Source: Mayamaea pseudoterrestris (Eukaryota). From it: DNA of 64,000 nucleotides. The notes beneath the pieces were generated by a model, which saw only the letters and a program-made list of their open reading frames with translations, made no database searches and had not been told where the DNA came from. Location: assembly GCA_027923505.1 (NCBI GenBank), contig BROI01000005.1, forward strand, positions 496,001-560,000, given 5' to 3'. This document shows positions 32,234 through 46,172 of the stretch, in pieces (the first letter of the stretch is position 1; the number at the start of each line of letters is the position of its first letter). Position numbers and translations under genes: made by a program.

Positions 32234-35200
32234 ATGACGGATACTATCAAGACGTCGGTGGGCAAGCTCGCTGAGTTCAGTGGAAACCAAGAGGACTTCA
32301 TCACATGGAGACTAAGGTCAAACGCCGTATTGGCGTGCAACGAAGTGTTGCAATATTGTGGGACAACCAAGCATTCCAGTCTACCAAGGACGGAGGAATC
32401 AACGGACGTGTCGCCACACAGTGACGCGCAAAAGTTAGCGGTCAAGAGGAACAGCAAGGCAGTCGCCATGCTGGTGCAGGCGTTCAAGAAGGATTCGCTA
32501 TTGCTATTATATCACCAGTGCTGCACGAGCGACTGGCCGACGGGTCTAGCCTCCGATCTCATGAAGAGGCTTCAAGACAGATACCAACCGAATGACGCAT
32601 TGACGGGCATCGAGTTGGAGCAGGCTATTCAAGCCATCAAGGACGTATCAGCGACAAGTAATCCTGAAGTCCTATTCGATGCGATCGATCGGGTCGCCAT
32701 CAAGTTCGCGACGTCAAGTGTTAAGCTCACTGAGTCGCAGAAGGAAGTAATCATCTGGCAGCGTTGTCAGAAAGTGTACGCAAACGTGCTGACGTCACTT
32801 CGCATCAACTATCGAGAGAGTCTAACGACAGACCTGATGAGACAGAACATCCTCGATGAGTATCGCTCCCGTCACGGATGGAGTGACGAGAAGAAAGGGA
32901 ATGACGACGACAGTGACAGTGGGGATCAAGCGCTTGCGGCATTCACCGGCAACTGTAACAAGTGCGGAAAGAAAGGACATAAAGAACGCGACTGTCGTTT
33001 GAAGAAGAACAACAACAACAACAATAATAACAGGAACAATAACAATGGAGGCAACCGGATCAACGGAAGCTGCAACAACTGCGGCAAGCCAGGACACAAG
33101 GCGGTCGATTGCTTCGACAAACCAGAGAATGCTGCGGCAAAGGCGGCATGGTTCAAGAAAATAAAGAGCAAAGAAAGGAACAATGGCGGAAGCGGCGGAA
33201 GCGGAAGCAATGGAGGTGGAAACAGAAACCAAGAGCAAGCGAACGCTGGCTTCGAGTTCGTTTGTATGGCAGTCAACAGTATGTCGACGGTCAACAACGA
33301 CAGCAGTCTTTGGATATCGGATAGCGCTTGTACAAGACATATAACAAACAACAAGGTTGGTTTGAGCAACACACGTCCGGTCGGCAACGGCGACGGAGTG
33401 AAAGGGATCAATGGCGAGCTACTCGAGTGTGAGCTCATTGGAGATTTAAAAGGGATCGTCTGCAACAAAGACGGAAAGGAATTGTACACGACGTTGATGA
33501 AACCAGTGCAGTATTCAAAGACGGCATACGGCAACCTCTTTAGTGAGGCCAAGATGATTAAGGAAGGATGGAGCATCACGAAGGAACGCGAGCGGACCAT
33601 CATGAAGAAGGGAGAGCACAGGTTGGTGTTTGATATACCGATCCATCAAGGCGGTGGAGTCATGCACGCTATAAGAATCAAGCGTGACGAAAGCATAAAG
33701 AACGAGGTGGCAAATGCAGCTATCGATATAATGACTGTCCATGATCGACTCGGGCATCCAGGGCAAGAGATGACCAAGCAAGTGGCAGCGCATCTAGGAT
33801 GGGAAGTCGAGGGGTCAATGACTCCATGCGCTTCATGCGCAGTTGGAAAGGCAAGACAAAAGAATATAAAGAGAGAAGAACCAGCAGGCAAGGCTGACGT
33901 ACCGAACGGACGAGTCTTTGTGGACTGCGCGGTATTAAAGGCAAGCGACAGCAGCAAGAAGATCAAGAAGAGCGTGTGGATTATGATCGTTGATGAGTAC
34001 AGTGGACTCAAACATTCCTATTGTTGCGAAACAAAGGATCAAATGCCAAAGATAGTTTGCAGTCGCTTCTTGATTTGGAAGAACGAAGGCAAGCCAGTCA
34101 AGATCGTAAGGATGGACAACGCAGGCGAAAACCAAACATTAAAGGAGCTGGCGAATGGAACGGAGTACAATCTTGGAATTAAGTTTGAATTGACTGCGGC
34201 AAGAACGCCTCAGCAGAACCACTTGGTAGAGGTGGGTTTCAATACCATAAAGGGAAGGAGTCGGGCGTTGCTCTGTCGAGCAAACGTGCCGCAAGGCGTG
34301 CGATGGAAATTCATGCCACACTTGGTAGTAACGACTACTAAGCTTGAAGGATTGGCGGTCATTACTATTGACGGCGTCAAGCAAACTCGGTACGAGCACT
34401 GGGGAGCGGAGATTCCCGCATGGGCGCCGCAGCTGTCACTAAGATGGGGAATGGCAGTCGTCGTTAAGACTGCAACCAAGACGACATCAAACGATATGGA
34501 CAAGGGAGCCATTGGAATGTTCATTGGCTTATCGGATGAGCATGGAGGAGACGTGATTCAAGTATGGAATCCGAAGACGAATCGAGTCTGTCTAGTTAGA
34601 GACTGGTCGTCACTCAAACGCTGGTATTACAACGAACCCAACAAGGAGCTGCGTGAACTAAAGGAACAGCAGCAGCCAGAAGAATGGGAGTGGGACCCCG
34701 ACGCTGAACTTGCGGAGCGCGAAGCTAAGGAAGAGCAAGAAGAAGAAGAAGAAGATGAAGAGGCCGAGCAAGAAGGAACGAATGAAGAGGAAGAAGGCGG
34801 CAGAAGCGGTACGACACGCTCAGGACGCGCAGTAAATCCTCCTCAACGTTTGATTGAAGAGATGGCAGCGGCAGCATGGCATACTGAGGTTGCGGAGCGA
34901 GCGCTTGTCGTCTACCCTCAAGAGAATGAGTATAATGCGGGGATCCTACAAGCAATGGATACGGACGAGTACGTTCCGATATACAAGGAAGAGGTCAGCT
35001 GGGTTGGAGCAGGGATTGGTGGCGGATTCACCAACACCAACGAGCTGCAGACTATCAAGTACGAAGACGCAATGGCTGGTCCTAACAAGAAAGAATGGGA
35101 GGCAGCGCTCGATCGCGAGCGAGCGAACGTGGAAGGCAAAGGAACCTATGAGGTCGTGCCGCGTTCATCAATGCCAGCAGGAACGAAACTGATCGGCAAC

Positions 35201-36679
35201 ACATACGCTTTTAAGAAGAAAGCGAACGGCATTTACAAAGCCAGATTGGCAGCGCAAGGATTCATGCAGATTCCAGGCAAGCACTACAACCCCAAGCATG
35301 TGTCATCACCCGTCGTGATGGATTCGACGATACGCTTGGTGCTTGGCCTAATGCTGATGGCAGGATGGGGAGCAGAGATAATGGACGTGCGAGGCGCGTT
35401 CCTACAAGGAGAGTTTCTGGACAACGAAGAGCTCTATATGAAGATGCCGAAAGGATTTGAAAAGCATCATCCACCTAACTCGGTGTGCAGAATGCTGCGG
35501 CCGTTGTACGGATTTATACAAGCGTCATACGCCTTCTGGGTGGCGCTATGGAAAGCGATGCAAAGGATGGGATACGCGAAGAGCAAGGCGGATCCATGCT
35601 TGTACTTTAAATGGACAGCAATTGGACTGTCAATCTGGATGAGCTTCATCGACGACTGTTTCAATACGGGTCCAGATAAGCTGATTGCAATTGCGAAGAA
35701 CAAGATGAACGAAGAGTTCGATATGGAGGATCTAGGGGAGATGAAAGAGTACGTCGGATGCAAGATTGAAAGGAATAGGGAGGAACGGTCCCTCAAGATT
35801 ACGCAACCAGTCATCATTCAAAGCTTGAAGGACGAGTTTGAATTGTCAGAAGGAGGCGAGGAGCCTCGAACACCAGCAGAACCAGGAACGGTTCTAGTGA
35901 AAGGAAAGCCGACTGAGTCACCTGAGCTGCACTCTATGTACAGATCAGCTGTGGGCAAGCTGCAGTGGGTGAAGCGCCAGACGAGGGCGGATTTGGTTAA
36001 CGCGGTAAGAGAGTTATCGAAGTGGGTATCGGGCCCATCGGCTGCTCATTTAAAAGCAGTCGACAGATGCATGAGGTACACTCTTGCAACAAAGAACAGA
36101 GGCGAGGTCATGAAGGCGGACGCCGAATGGGATGGAAGCCCAGAGCATGAGTTTGTTCTGTGGGCAGTGAGCGACTCTGATCACGCAAAGGATCCAGACA
36201 GTCGCCGCAGTATTACGGGGTATTGCACGTTTATGCACGGCATGCCTATCGTCAGAAAAGGGAAGCAACAGGAGTTTGTGACTCTATCGCCAACTGAGTC
36301 GGAGCTCGTTGGAGAAACGGAAGCGGTAAGGGACTTGCTCGCGCACAAGAAGCTGCTCGAGTCAATCGGTTTGAAAGTCAAGCTCCCAATGAAAGTCATG
36401 GGAGACAATAGAGGCGTCAAGGAGCTGATGGAGAATCAGTCTACAGGCGGGCGAACGAGGCACATTGATGTGCGCTATTACTTTCTGCGTGAGTTGCAGG
36501 AAGAAGGAATCATTGAGTTGGTTTGGATCCCAGGCAAGACGAACCCTGCGGATCTCTTCACCAAGAATTTGGGAGGAAGTGACTTTGAGCGTCACACGGC
36601 TCGATTCACTGGAGTGGACGAGTACATGCGGTTGATAGACCGCGCTGGAGAAGAAGGCGTGAGCGCCGACGAGGAATAG
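32234..36679 (+). CDS. Copia Gag-Pol polyprotein (gag, protease, integrase, RT, RNase H)
   Basis: Two CCHC knuckles around an (AAC)n poly-Asn tract; ISDSAC; HDRLGH..CASC; RMDNAGE; YKARLAAQG; SFIDD; SDSDHA; RTRHIDVRY. Confidence 0.97.
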   Translation: MTDTIKTSVGKLAEFSGNQEDFITWRLRSNAVLACNEVLQYCGTTKHSSLPRTEESTDVSPHSDAQKLAVKRNSKAVAMLVQAFKKDSLLLLYHQCCTSDWPTGLASDLMKRLQDRYQPNDALTGIELEQAIQAIKDVSATSNPEVLFDAIDRVAIKFATSSVKLTESQKEVIIWQRCQKVYANVLTSLRINYRESLTTDLMRQNILDEYRSRHGWSDEKKGNDDDSDSGDQALAAFTGNCNKCGKKGHKERDCRLKKNNNNNNNNRNNNNGGNRINGSCNNCGKPGHKAVDCFDKPENAAAKAAWFKKIKSKERNNGGSGGSGSNGGGNRNQEQANAGFEFVCMAVNSMSTVNNDSSLWISDSACTRHITNNKVGLSNTRPVGNGDGVKGINGELLECELIGDLKGIVCNKDGKELYTTLMKPVQYSKTAYGNLFSEAKMIKEGWSITKERERTIMKKGEHRLVFDIPIHQGGGVMHAIRIKRDESIKNEVANAAIDIMTVHDRLGHPGQEMTKQVAAHLGWEVEGSMTPCASCAVGKARQKNIKREEPAGKADVPNGRVFVDCAVLKASDSSKKIKKSVWIMIVDEYSGLKHSYCCETKDQMPKIVCSRFLIWKNEGKPVKIVRMDNAGENQTLKELANGTEYNLGIKFELTAARTPQQNHLVEVGFNTIKGRSRALLCRANVPQGVRWKFMPHLVVTTTKLEGLAVITIDGVKQTRYEHWGAEIPAWAPQLSLRWGMAVVVKTATKTTSNDMDKGAIGMFIGLSDEHGGDVIQVWNPKTNRVCLVRDWSSLKRWYYNEPNKELRELKEQQQPEEWEWDPDAELAEREAKEEQEEEEEDEEAEQEGTNEEEEGGRSGTTRSGRAVNPPQRLIEEMAAAAWHTEVAERALVVYPQENEYNAGILQAMDTDEYVPIYKEEVSWVGAGIGGGFTNTNELQTIKYEDAMAGPNKKEWEAALDRERANVEGKGTYEVVPRSSMPAGTKLIGNTYAFKKKANGIYKARLAAQGFMQIPGKHYNPKHVSSPVVMDSTIRLVLGLMLMAGWGAEIMDVRGAFLQGEFLDNEELYMKMPKGFEKHHPPNSVCRMLRPLYGFIQASYAFWVALWKAMQRMGYAKSKADPCLYFKWTAIGLSIWMSFIDDCFNTGPDKLIAIAKNKMNEEFDMEDLGEMKEYVGCKIERNREERSLKITQPVIIQSLKDEFELSEGGEEPRTPAEPGTVLVKGKPTESPELHSMYRSAVGKLQWVKRQTRADLVNAVRELSKWVSGPSAAHLKAVDRCMRYTLATKNRGEVMKADAEWDGSPEHEFVLWAVSDSDHAKDPDSRRSITGYCTFMHGMPIVRKGKQQEFVTLSPTESELVGETEAVRDLLAHKKLLESIGLKVKLPMKVMGDNRGVKELMENQSTGGRTRHIDVRYYFLRELQEEGIIELVWIPGKTNPADLFTKNLGGSDFERHTARFTGVDEYMRLIDRAGEEGVSADEE

Positions 36680-36697
36680 CCGTCTCATGGCGGAGCG

Positions 36698-37002
36698 TGT
36701 TGAGAGTAAATACGTTTTGCATGAGACTTGGCTATGTAACTGATGGGAAAGTATATGTGCCCGAGAAGGGGCGAAGGGATTCGCTAAGTGGGTCCTAAGT
36801 AATTGAGTGAATGATACAGTCAGCTGTTCTGACTGTCTAAGTGGAGGTCCGTGGGCGACCGAGATATAGGCTATGAGCGAAGTAGGTTGGCGAGGGTGCG
36901 GATGCACCTCGACCAGGTTTGAAATAATAAAGATCACTCTTTTCTATGGCAACAACAGGTTGTAGAACATACTAGTAGCAATTTTCTGAAGACCTTCCAG
37001 CA
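36698..37002 (+). repeat. 3' LTR of copia element 1
   Basis: Matches 31856-32160; followed by TSD GATGC. Confidence 0.97.
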
Positions 37003-37007
37003 GATGC

Positions 37008-38103
37008 TCCTCCGAGCGTGATTCGAGGCGGCGTCGATTACGACTGTAGTCAACCAGATCATGATCTTAATAAATCCACAGTGTTGAGGGGTGAGGGGGC
37101 TGGTTCGCCACGAGAGCGTCATCAAGTAAGCAGCAATACTGGACGCATTGTTTGCTGTGTGGCCAATGTCAATCGCGGTAGCAAAAACCATTTTTTGCGC
37201 GGCACAGCTGGTGGGACGAACAATAGTGACATTACTTGCGAAGAAGGTAGCGCAGATCTTCAAGTGATCGATGCACAGACATCTGATGAAGATGATTTTA
37301 CCTACAGCAATCACGACAATGAATCAATCGACGATTCGCCAGCAGTTGACCCTCTGTACTTAGACCGCTGCGAAAATACAATTATCCGTGATGAGATTGT
37401 TGAAATGCGTCCAGAAGTCATAACGCATTCCTTCACCAAGCACACCAGCGACATTTACACGGCAAGCCATGTACACGAGTCTTCTTCAGAAGTATTGCTT
37501 GGAACTGGCGATAGCATTATGTCAGAATCGAAGAACTTGTTCGGACATGGAGACGAAACGTATACCACCGCATCGATGGCGGTTGGCAGAAGCGGAATCG
37601 GCGCGTTTGATACCGAAGTTGAGGCGGCAGTTGCTTCAGACTATGTCGCAAATGACCTTGCCCTTAAAAAAATTTTATCTCTCATTCCTACCATGCCGGG
37701 TGGGCATATCACGCACTCTGGTAGCCGGCTTCCGAGCAATTTGCGAGAAAAATTTTGCCCCTATGTCTTCAATCTTTTTCGCAAGACGCCTGACGAACTA
37801 GTAGAGCTTTCAGAATTTACGTTTCTTTTGGCACCCACGGATGAATTGACATTGCTGGAGCTCCGAGCTCTGCTTGCGTCTTTCCGAGAAGTGGCGTTTA
37901 AGTGGAAGCTTGATCATACGTCATATAAAAGCCAACTCGATTGGTTTCAAAGCTTGCAGGGTAATTATCACAAGAAGCGTTCGGCGTTCGACAACCACGT
38001 GCACGAGCACTCGCAAACCGAAGGTCGGTGCAGTTGTGGTTTGGGTTCTGCATGTCCACTCGAACAAGACGCAGTATACGAGGCGATCCTTCTGACTGAA
38101 TGA
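37008..38103 (+). pseudogene. 3' part of the copia-interrupted orphan gene
   Basis: In frame with 29160-31855; carries the third copy of the LxLLELxAL...W...W domain and CSCGLGSACP. Confidence 0.85.
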
Positions 38104-39061
38104 TCAAGTCGTGCGGGCATTATGCACCATTCCTTTCTGTTGCTATCACAACCACTATAGTAAGCATAACCGTGATATACTAGCAATTATGTATGTGTCA
38201 CATTACTCGATGACAGCTTGGACGAATAATGTGGTGATCTTGGTGCCATACCGGCATGTTTTATTGCTTCTCGAGTTTCTTTGACCACGAGTTCTGACGC
38301 ATGTACCAGCACTTCACTAATTGTCAACCTTAATTGCGTCTATATTTCATTGGGAGCTTGAGGGCTGAAGTTAGATAACCGACGGATGGTGCGGAAAAAA
38401 TCTAAGAGTGGCCTGAAAGCGATTTGGCTCAGATGTCGCTTGTCGGACCTGCCATGGCGTAGTCGTCGGCGGGATATAGGCGTGGTGCACGGAGATGGTC
38501 CGTGTTGCTACCGCTGACGCAGGAGTGCATATTCCGCAGAGCAAGGTTCAATGGTGGCCAGTGTTTGTCGATCTGTGACTTTGAGCCAATACGTTTCCAG
38601 GTGTGTTGGTCACAATTTTGTCGCGTCATAAGTGATGCGCGAGTTGGGCTGACATGCTTGCGACGTGGGATCTGAACCAGACGAGCACCGGTAAGTTGGA
38701 ATATGAGGTAGAATGTAGCGCAGAGACTGGGCGCGGATGGGTAAGGCAGCTGGAGTTTCGCGTACCGGGCTCCTGGAAGTCGGTGCCATCACGCCAACGT
38801 GCTAATGATGCAGGATAGCTACCAGACGCTCTCTTGCTAAGACTACATGACTGCCAATCTATTGCAACCGCCCACTGATAGACCAACTCGCCGCCATTCA
38901 ACTCCAACAGCTGGGTCACTGCCTCGCGTTTGATATGACCGGCGAATGCAGGTTCGAGCGTGCCAGTACCGCAGCGACTTTGACAGATTCGTTCCAACGC
39001 CATCATCCATCACAGTTCTCCATTGTTTGATCTCTGGTGCCACACCAACACGACCATGTTC

Positions 39062-40388
39062 ATGACGAAACTGTCCATTGTTAGTCTTCTGTTTGCTCTT
39101 TTGCCAAAAATTGACGCAGAGTACCACAACGAGATCAAGGTTTGTGCTGTAGTATCGTGAATATCTTCAAGGTCGTTCAGAATTCTCACTCACCACGATT
39201 TGTTTCTCGCATGTCCATTTCAACGCTCATGTCGAAAGCTTCGCTCTGATGCCGTTCACAACGATTATACATCGCCCTTGCCGCACGAGTACTTTCAGGC
39301 TAGTAGCCTGCCAGCATCGTTCAACTGGGGCGACGTTGGTGGCGTTAGCTACTTGACCCATTCGCTGAACCAGCACATTCCTCAGTATTGTGGCAGCTGT
39401 TGGGCCCATGGAGCGCTCTCGAGTTTAGCGGATCGCATCAAGATTGCTCGTCTTGGTCAAGGTGACGATATCAATTTGAGCATTCAATTTATTTTGAACT
39501 GTGGAAGTGATCAAGCTGGCTCATGCCATGGCGGCTATCACACGTCGACCTTTGAGTTTATCAAGAAGGTTGGATTCGTTCCTTATGATACCTGCATGAC
39601 ATATCTTGCTTGCTCCAAGGAGTCGACCGACGGAATTTGTCCTCATTTGGACATGACATGTGACATTTATCCCAGCCAGAGGTCTGGTGGTTTCGAGATT
39701 GCCCCGTCCAGCATGGCCAATGTTTGCCGCACCTGCGACACGTTCGCTGGGATGGGAGGTGCATGTGTTGAGATTGACATGTTTCCTAATGCTACCGTTG
39801 CCGAATACGGAATGATTGATTACGACGACAATGCCGTGCATCGTATCATGACGGAGATTTTTGTCCGTGGACCAGTGGCGGCGACGATCAATGCCGAGCC
39901 CATTGTCGGCTATAAAGGCGGAGTGTTCACGGATGACTCGCATTCGCAGCGCACAAACCATATAGTATCCATTGTCGGATGGGAGACAAATTTGAAGACT
40001 GGAACGATGGCTTGGGTGGTCAGGAACTCTTGGGGGTACGACCTTAACATTGGTTTGATTTGTCGCAGGCACGCGATGCAAAAGATCTCACTTCACCATT
40101 TTTTCAAAAAATCTCAGGCAATATTGGGGCGAGATGGGAATGATGCGCATTGAAGCAGGCAAGAACTTGCTGGGCATTGAAGGAGAAGTTGCGTGGGCGA
40201 CGCCAGGAACATTTACGGTGCACAACTTTCCATGCTCGGAGGACGGGAAGAATTGCGTCATTCGAGATGCCGTCGCGACTGAACAGTATCAAGATCCTTC
40301 TAAAGATCAATTGAAAGTCCAGCAGCATTTGAAGGTTTTGGAGCCTACAAATTTGGCTGCTGCCAACAGACGTCGCGTTCGTGCTTAA
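39062..40388 (+). CDS. CTSZ: Cathepsin Z/X-like papain-family cysteine peptidase, 3 exons
   Basis: Signal exon MTKLSIVSLLFALL; NQHIPQYCGSCWAH (HIP mini-loop), NHIVSIVGW, WVVRNSWG; introns 39140-39238 and 40036-40117. Confidence 0.92.
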
Positions 40389-41329
40389 ATGTGGGGATTG
40401 TACTCGTCGCTAGGAGTGGATAAAAATGATTAGCATCTCTATATTAATAACGAAGTGTCGATAACATTCTTATATAAATGTGTCTGGGTGATTATGGCCG
40501 CCAGTCGATCCACTCCACCGACTAGTCGAATAAAAGTCAAAACCATCTACGAAGATGACACGGCTTTAATTGGCGGAGGTGTCATGTATCTGAGATGTAC
40601 GTCGCCAGTAGCTCGAAACTTGTAAATGGGGCTTCAACAGAGCCTTGCTATTGCCTATGTGTCAAAATCACGTCGATCCTAGAAAACCGCTACATTAATC
40701 GAAGTTACATCATGGCTGCTCGCTCGTGCTGGTTTCGTCAAAAAAGCCTCGGTCAACCGCATCGAGACGTAAAGGAGTTCTGCCAAGTTTCAGTCGAGTA
40801 GAAAGCCGTCTGGATAGGCAGGTGAGCATCAGTGGCCTCCAGCCGCCACCGTTTTGTGTAATGCTCAAATTCAGTTTTCAAGATTCGAAATGCAGTAGAG
40901 TGGGCATACTATCGCATGCCTGTTGTATGTGAGCACTATGTACTTCAATCTTGGTATAGTGTCGGGAATGATGATGTATCTGGCTCGAGCATGTTTCGCA
41001 GACGCGGCTGCAACCATGCCAGGTAGTTGTGTTTATTTGCGCGAGAAATTGCGGCTAAAGAAGTGCCTGCAATGGTGACGAGACACAAAGTCAGTGTGCG
41101 AAAGCACGAAATGATTCAGCGATCAAAATGTTATCATCGGTAAAGGACCCATCGACGGTGAGATCCGACGCCAGGCTGTGACCAACGATAATTCTTTACC
41201 AGCATTGTACAAGCAAGTTTCGAAACAATATCTCTTCTCAAAGATTTTCGAACTAACTTCACATTTACCCTTTCGGGAAGAAGTGACAAAACAAGCTGGA
41301 TGCATGGTTGCAAGTAGAAACAGACATAC

Positions 41330-42684
41330 CTATTCAGGAATGAGTATGGCGCTGGATGCTGGTTGTTTAACGTTTGCAAGTTGCAATGCCTTTCGCGCGA
41401 CGAAATTTAAACATCTGTAGTCCATGTTCATCATCGATCGCCTGTCGGCAGTGTAAAGAGAGCGCTTTCCTGACTCTTCCTCAATAAATTCATAACCGAT
41501 ATTCACCATAATGTCGCGAATATCCTCCCAGCAAACGTCGATGCTCGTCAAGAATTTCTTGTCCAGATAGCTGCATCTCGCATGGTATGAGTCAACATCT
41601 TGGTCGTCAGGCCGCATAACAGGTCCCGACCAGTGATAAGTCAGCGGACCGAAATTGATCAAGATTCCGCCAGGCTTGAGCATTCGATAAATTGTTATTA
41701 GATACTCCACAATGCAAGGCGACGTGTCTAGAAAGAAACACGCTACCACCGCGTCCCATCGATTGTGTTCGTCAGGAATATTATAGACAGAACAAAACGC
41801 ACCAGCTGCCATGCTGAAATCACAACTCGTATTCACTTCCATTGAGCGCTTTTCGTGTGTGGTGGCATCGCCGCGAGTCGCGTACGTGTCGGATCAACGT
41901 TTGGAATGGTAATGATGCGAACAGGATCCGTCGCTTGATGTACATTTCTCGTCTCGAGCAGCCAAGGTGAAATTCGAAGCGGCGTCTTGGGCGTAGCGAT
42001 GCCTCCGTTAAGAATAAAGTCAGACGCTATGAGCATGTATAGCGAGAATTCGTTACCTTGCACCGAGTATCCTTCGCGACATATTTCAAGCGCAAGTCGT
42101 CCAACCCCAGCACCAGGAACACAGACGCGAGGCCGCCAGGTCGGCGTCACCGCAACATTCGTTAAAGCTCCCAAAATGAGTTTGTAGCTCATGTCTCGTT
42201 CGGGCTGTCCTTCCGTCGACCAGTCGCGCATGAGGCTCTTTAAGACAGAAGTCACTTTGGATATTTGGGCGTCCGAAACAAAGCGCGTTGATGCCACAAT
42301 ATCCTGTTGGGAGTGCGGCTGGCCAGCATGGCGCAATATACAGTCCAAGCAAAACTGATTCCTTATCGCAGCTTCCTTGAACTGAGTAGCTCTCCCGTGA
42401 AATTCTGGAGTGTCTCTTCGAAGTGCAGCAGGAAGTACATTTCGATAATCGTCCGCGAGCGAATGAAGTCGATAATTGGTGTTGGTCCATTGACTTATGG
42501 CAAAGCTAGCGTATTGTCTGTAAGAAAGCACTACCTCATGCCAGTGATTTTGCTCTTGCTCGTCGCGCTGCAAGTAGGTTTCATATGCGATACCAAGGCT
42601 GTGGTATTCTTCAACCGGGCGAACCGTAAGGGCTTCCGCCGTTTCATTCTCTTCTAAATGAGATGCCTCAGATGCGGCAGACAT
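41330..42684 (-). CDS. CARNMT1: Carnosine N-methyltransferase (N2227 family) with one apparent frameshift near 41840-41890
   Basis: RDWSTEG..ER, VPGAGVGRLA, QGNEFS, then in another frame FSMAAGAF, CFFLDT, LKPGGILINFGPL. Confidence 0.85.
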
Positions 42685-43137
42685 GATTGTCCACTAAGTA
42701 AACGCGTGAGAAATATGAAGTCAGCTACTTTCAGGATGTATACGCAAACAAACGAGAAGTAAGCATATCCGTGACTAACGTCGAACGGTTAGAGAGGCCG
42801 GTCGCCGATAGGTCGGTCCCAAGAATGCGTTTCCCGTTCCTCAAACATTAGGGCACCCTTATCATGCTGGCTCACCTAGTTACAGTATGTTACCCTGTAA
42901 GGTTGGAAAGTTGGCAAACGTCGCTCTTACACGCATCGCCGTCGAGAATACTGACTCCAAGCCATGAACTGTGTATGTTGTGATGTTTTGTGATGTTGTG
43001 ATGTTGCGATGATTCGTGGTTCAAGGCGCGCCAAATCAGCGTCGGATCGTGACTCAGGTCGTGGTGCGACAGTAGATGACGTTGCAACTCAAAAACGTCA
43101 CAGCTTGACACAAACGAGGACCATGAACCATGACACC

Positions 43138-45512
<2,375 letters not shown>

Positions 45513-45653
45513 ATCGCGCGCGCGAAGCCTGACAACGCCGTCCGGTAGGTCATAACAGAGGTTAGAATTGAACTTGGGCGCACATCGTCAAGTAATTAGA
45601 TGATGACGCATAAGTGCCATCGTAACTTACCATATCACCATCATGTGAATGTG

Positions 45654-45898
45654 AAGTGCTCTTAACACAATGATCTCCTGTAACCCATTCGTCAAGATTG
45701 ATGTGCTTCTTCCTCAGCGTATAGCGTCGAGGGTGATGTCTTCCGCGGTGATGAGTCCATCGGCGACAAGGATTTGATTGCTCGATGACCTTCAAAATGA
45801 TCAGCTGCTGGTTCTCCGACCATGGAATGGTGCTCTCGGGCCTCGGGGTGAAGGATGGCAAAGAACGATCAGAATAGCGCCTCGCAAGCTTCCGTCAT
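45654..45898 (-). pseudogene. FARSA: Truncated, frameshifted 5' fragment of FARSA
   Basis: Matches 19884-20135 ([10 protein letters not shown]) with many indels; the rest of the gene is absent. Confidence 0.9.
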
Positions 45899-46172
45899 GG
45901 TGAAGTTTGGAGTTGTGTGGCGAAAGAAAAATATCGGCTGGAGCTCCATGTCGAGGCGCGGGTAGGTTGTGGTTTCGGTGGGAACCTTACGCTTGTCCGG
46001 GTTTCTGTAAGCGTCTTCGCTCGACCAAGTTGAAGAACATCTTCACTCGGCAAAGCGCGGCATCGTCCCTATATACACAGACGGGCGAATAGGAACGCGA
46101 ACGACATATCGACTATTTTGCATTGCACCAGTTTACGGTAATTACGCATAAGGACGAAGATCGGTATTGACA

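Larger units (their letters stand above)
31856..37002 (+). mobile_element. Intact Ty1/copia LTR retrotransposon (CoDi-II-like)
   Basis: Two 305-bp TG...CA LTRs, identical by eye; TSD GATGC at 31851-31855 and 37003-37007; single gag-pol ORF. Confidence 0.97.

Noticed and set aside
32822..33603. Long antisense ORFs within copia gag (similar ones inside other genes)
   Set aside because: Shadow frames of the coding strand and low-complexity repeats
38429..39006. Minus-strand ORFs upstream of cathepsin Z
   Set aside because: Short, no motif and no convincing splice model
41815..41890. Intron explaining the CARNMT1 frame change
   Set aside because: The GT-AG pairs I tried have the wrong phase, are too short or delete the conserved FSM motif
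42972..43012. Short TGTGATGT repeats; also (TA)n near 8275
   Set aside because: Simple-sequence repeats with no supporting evidence of function
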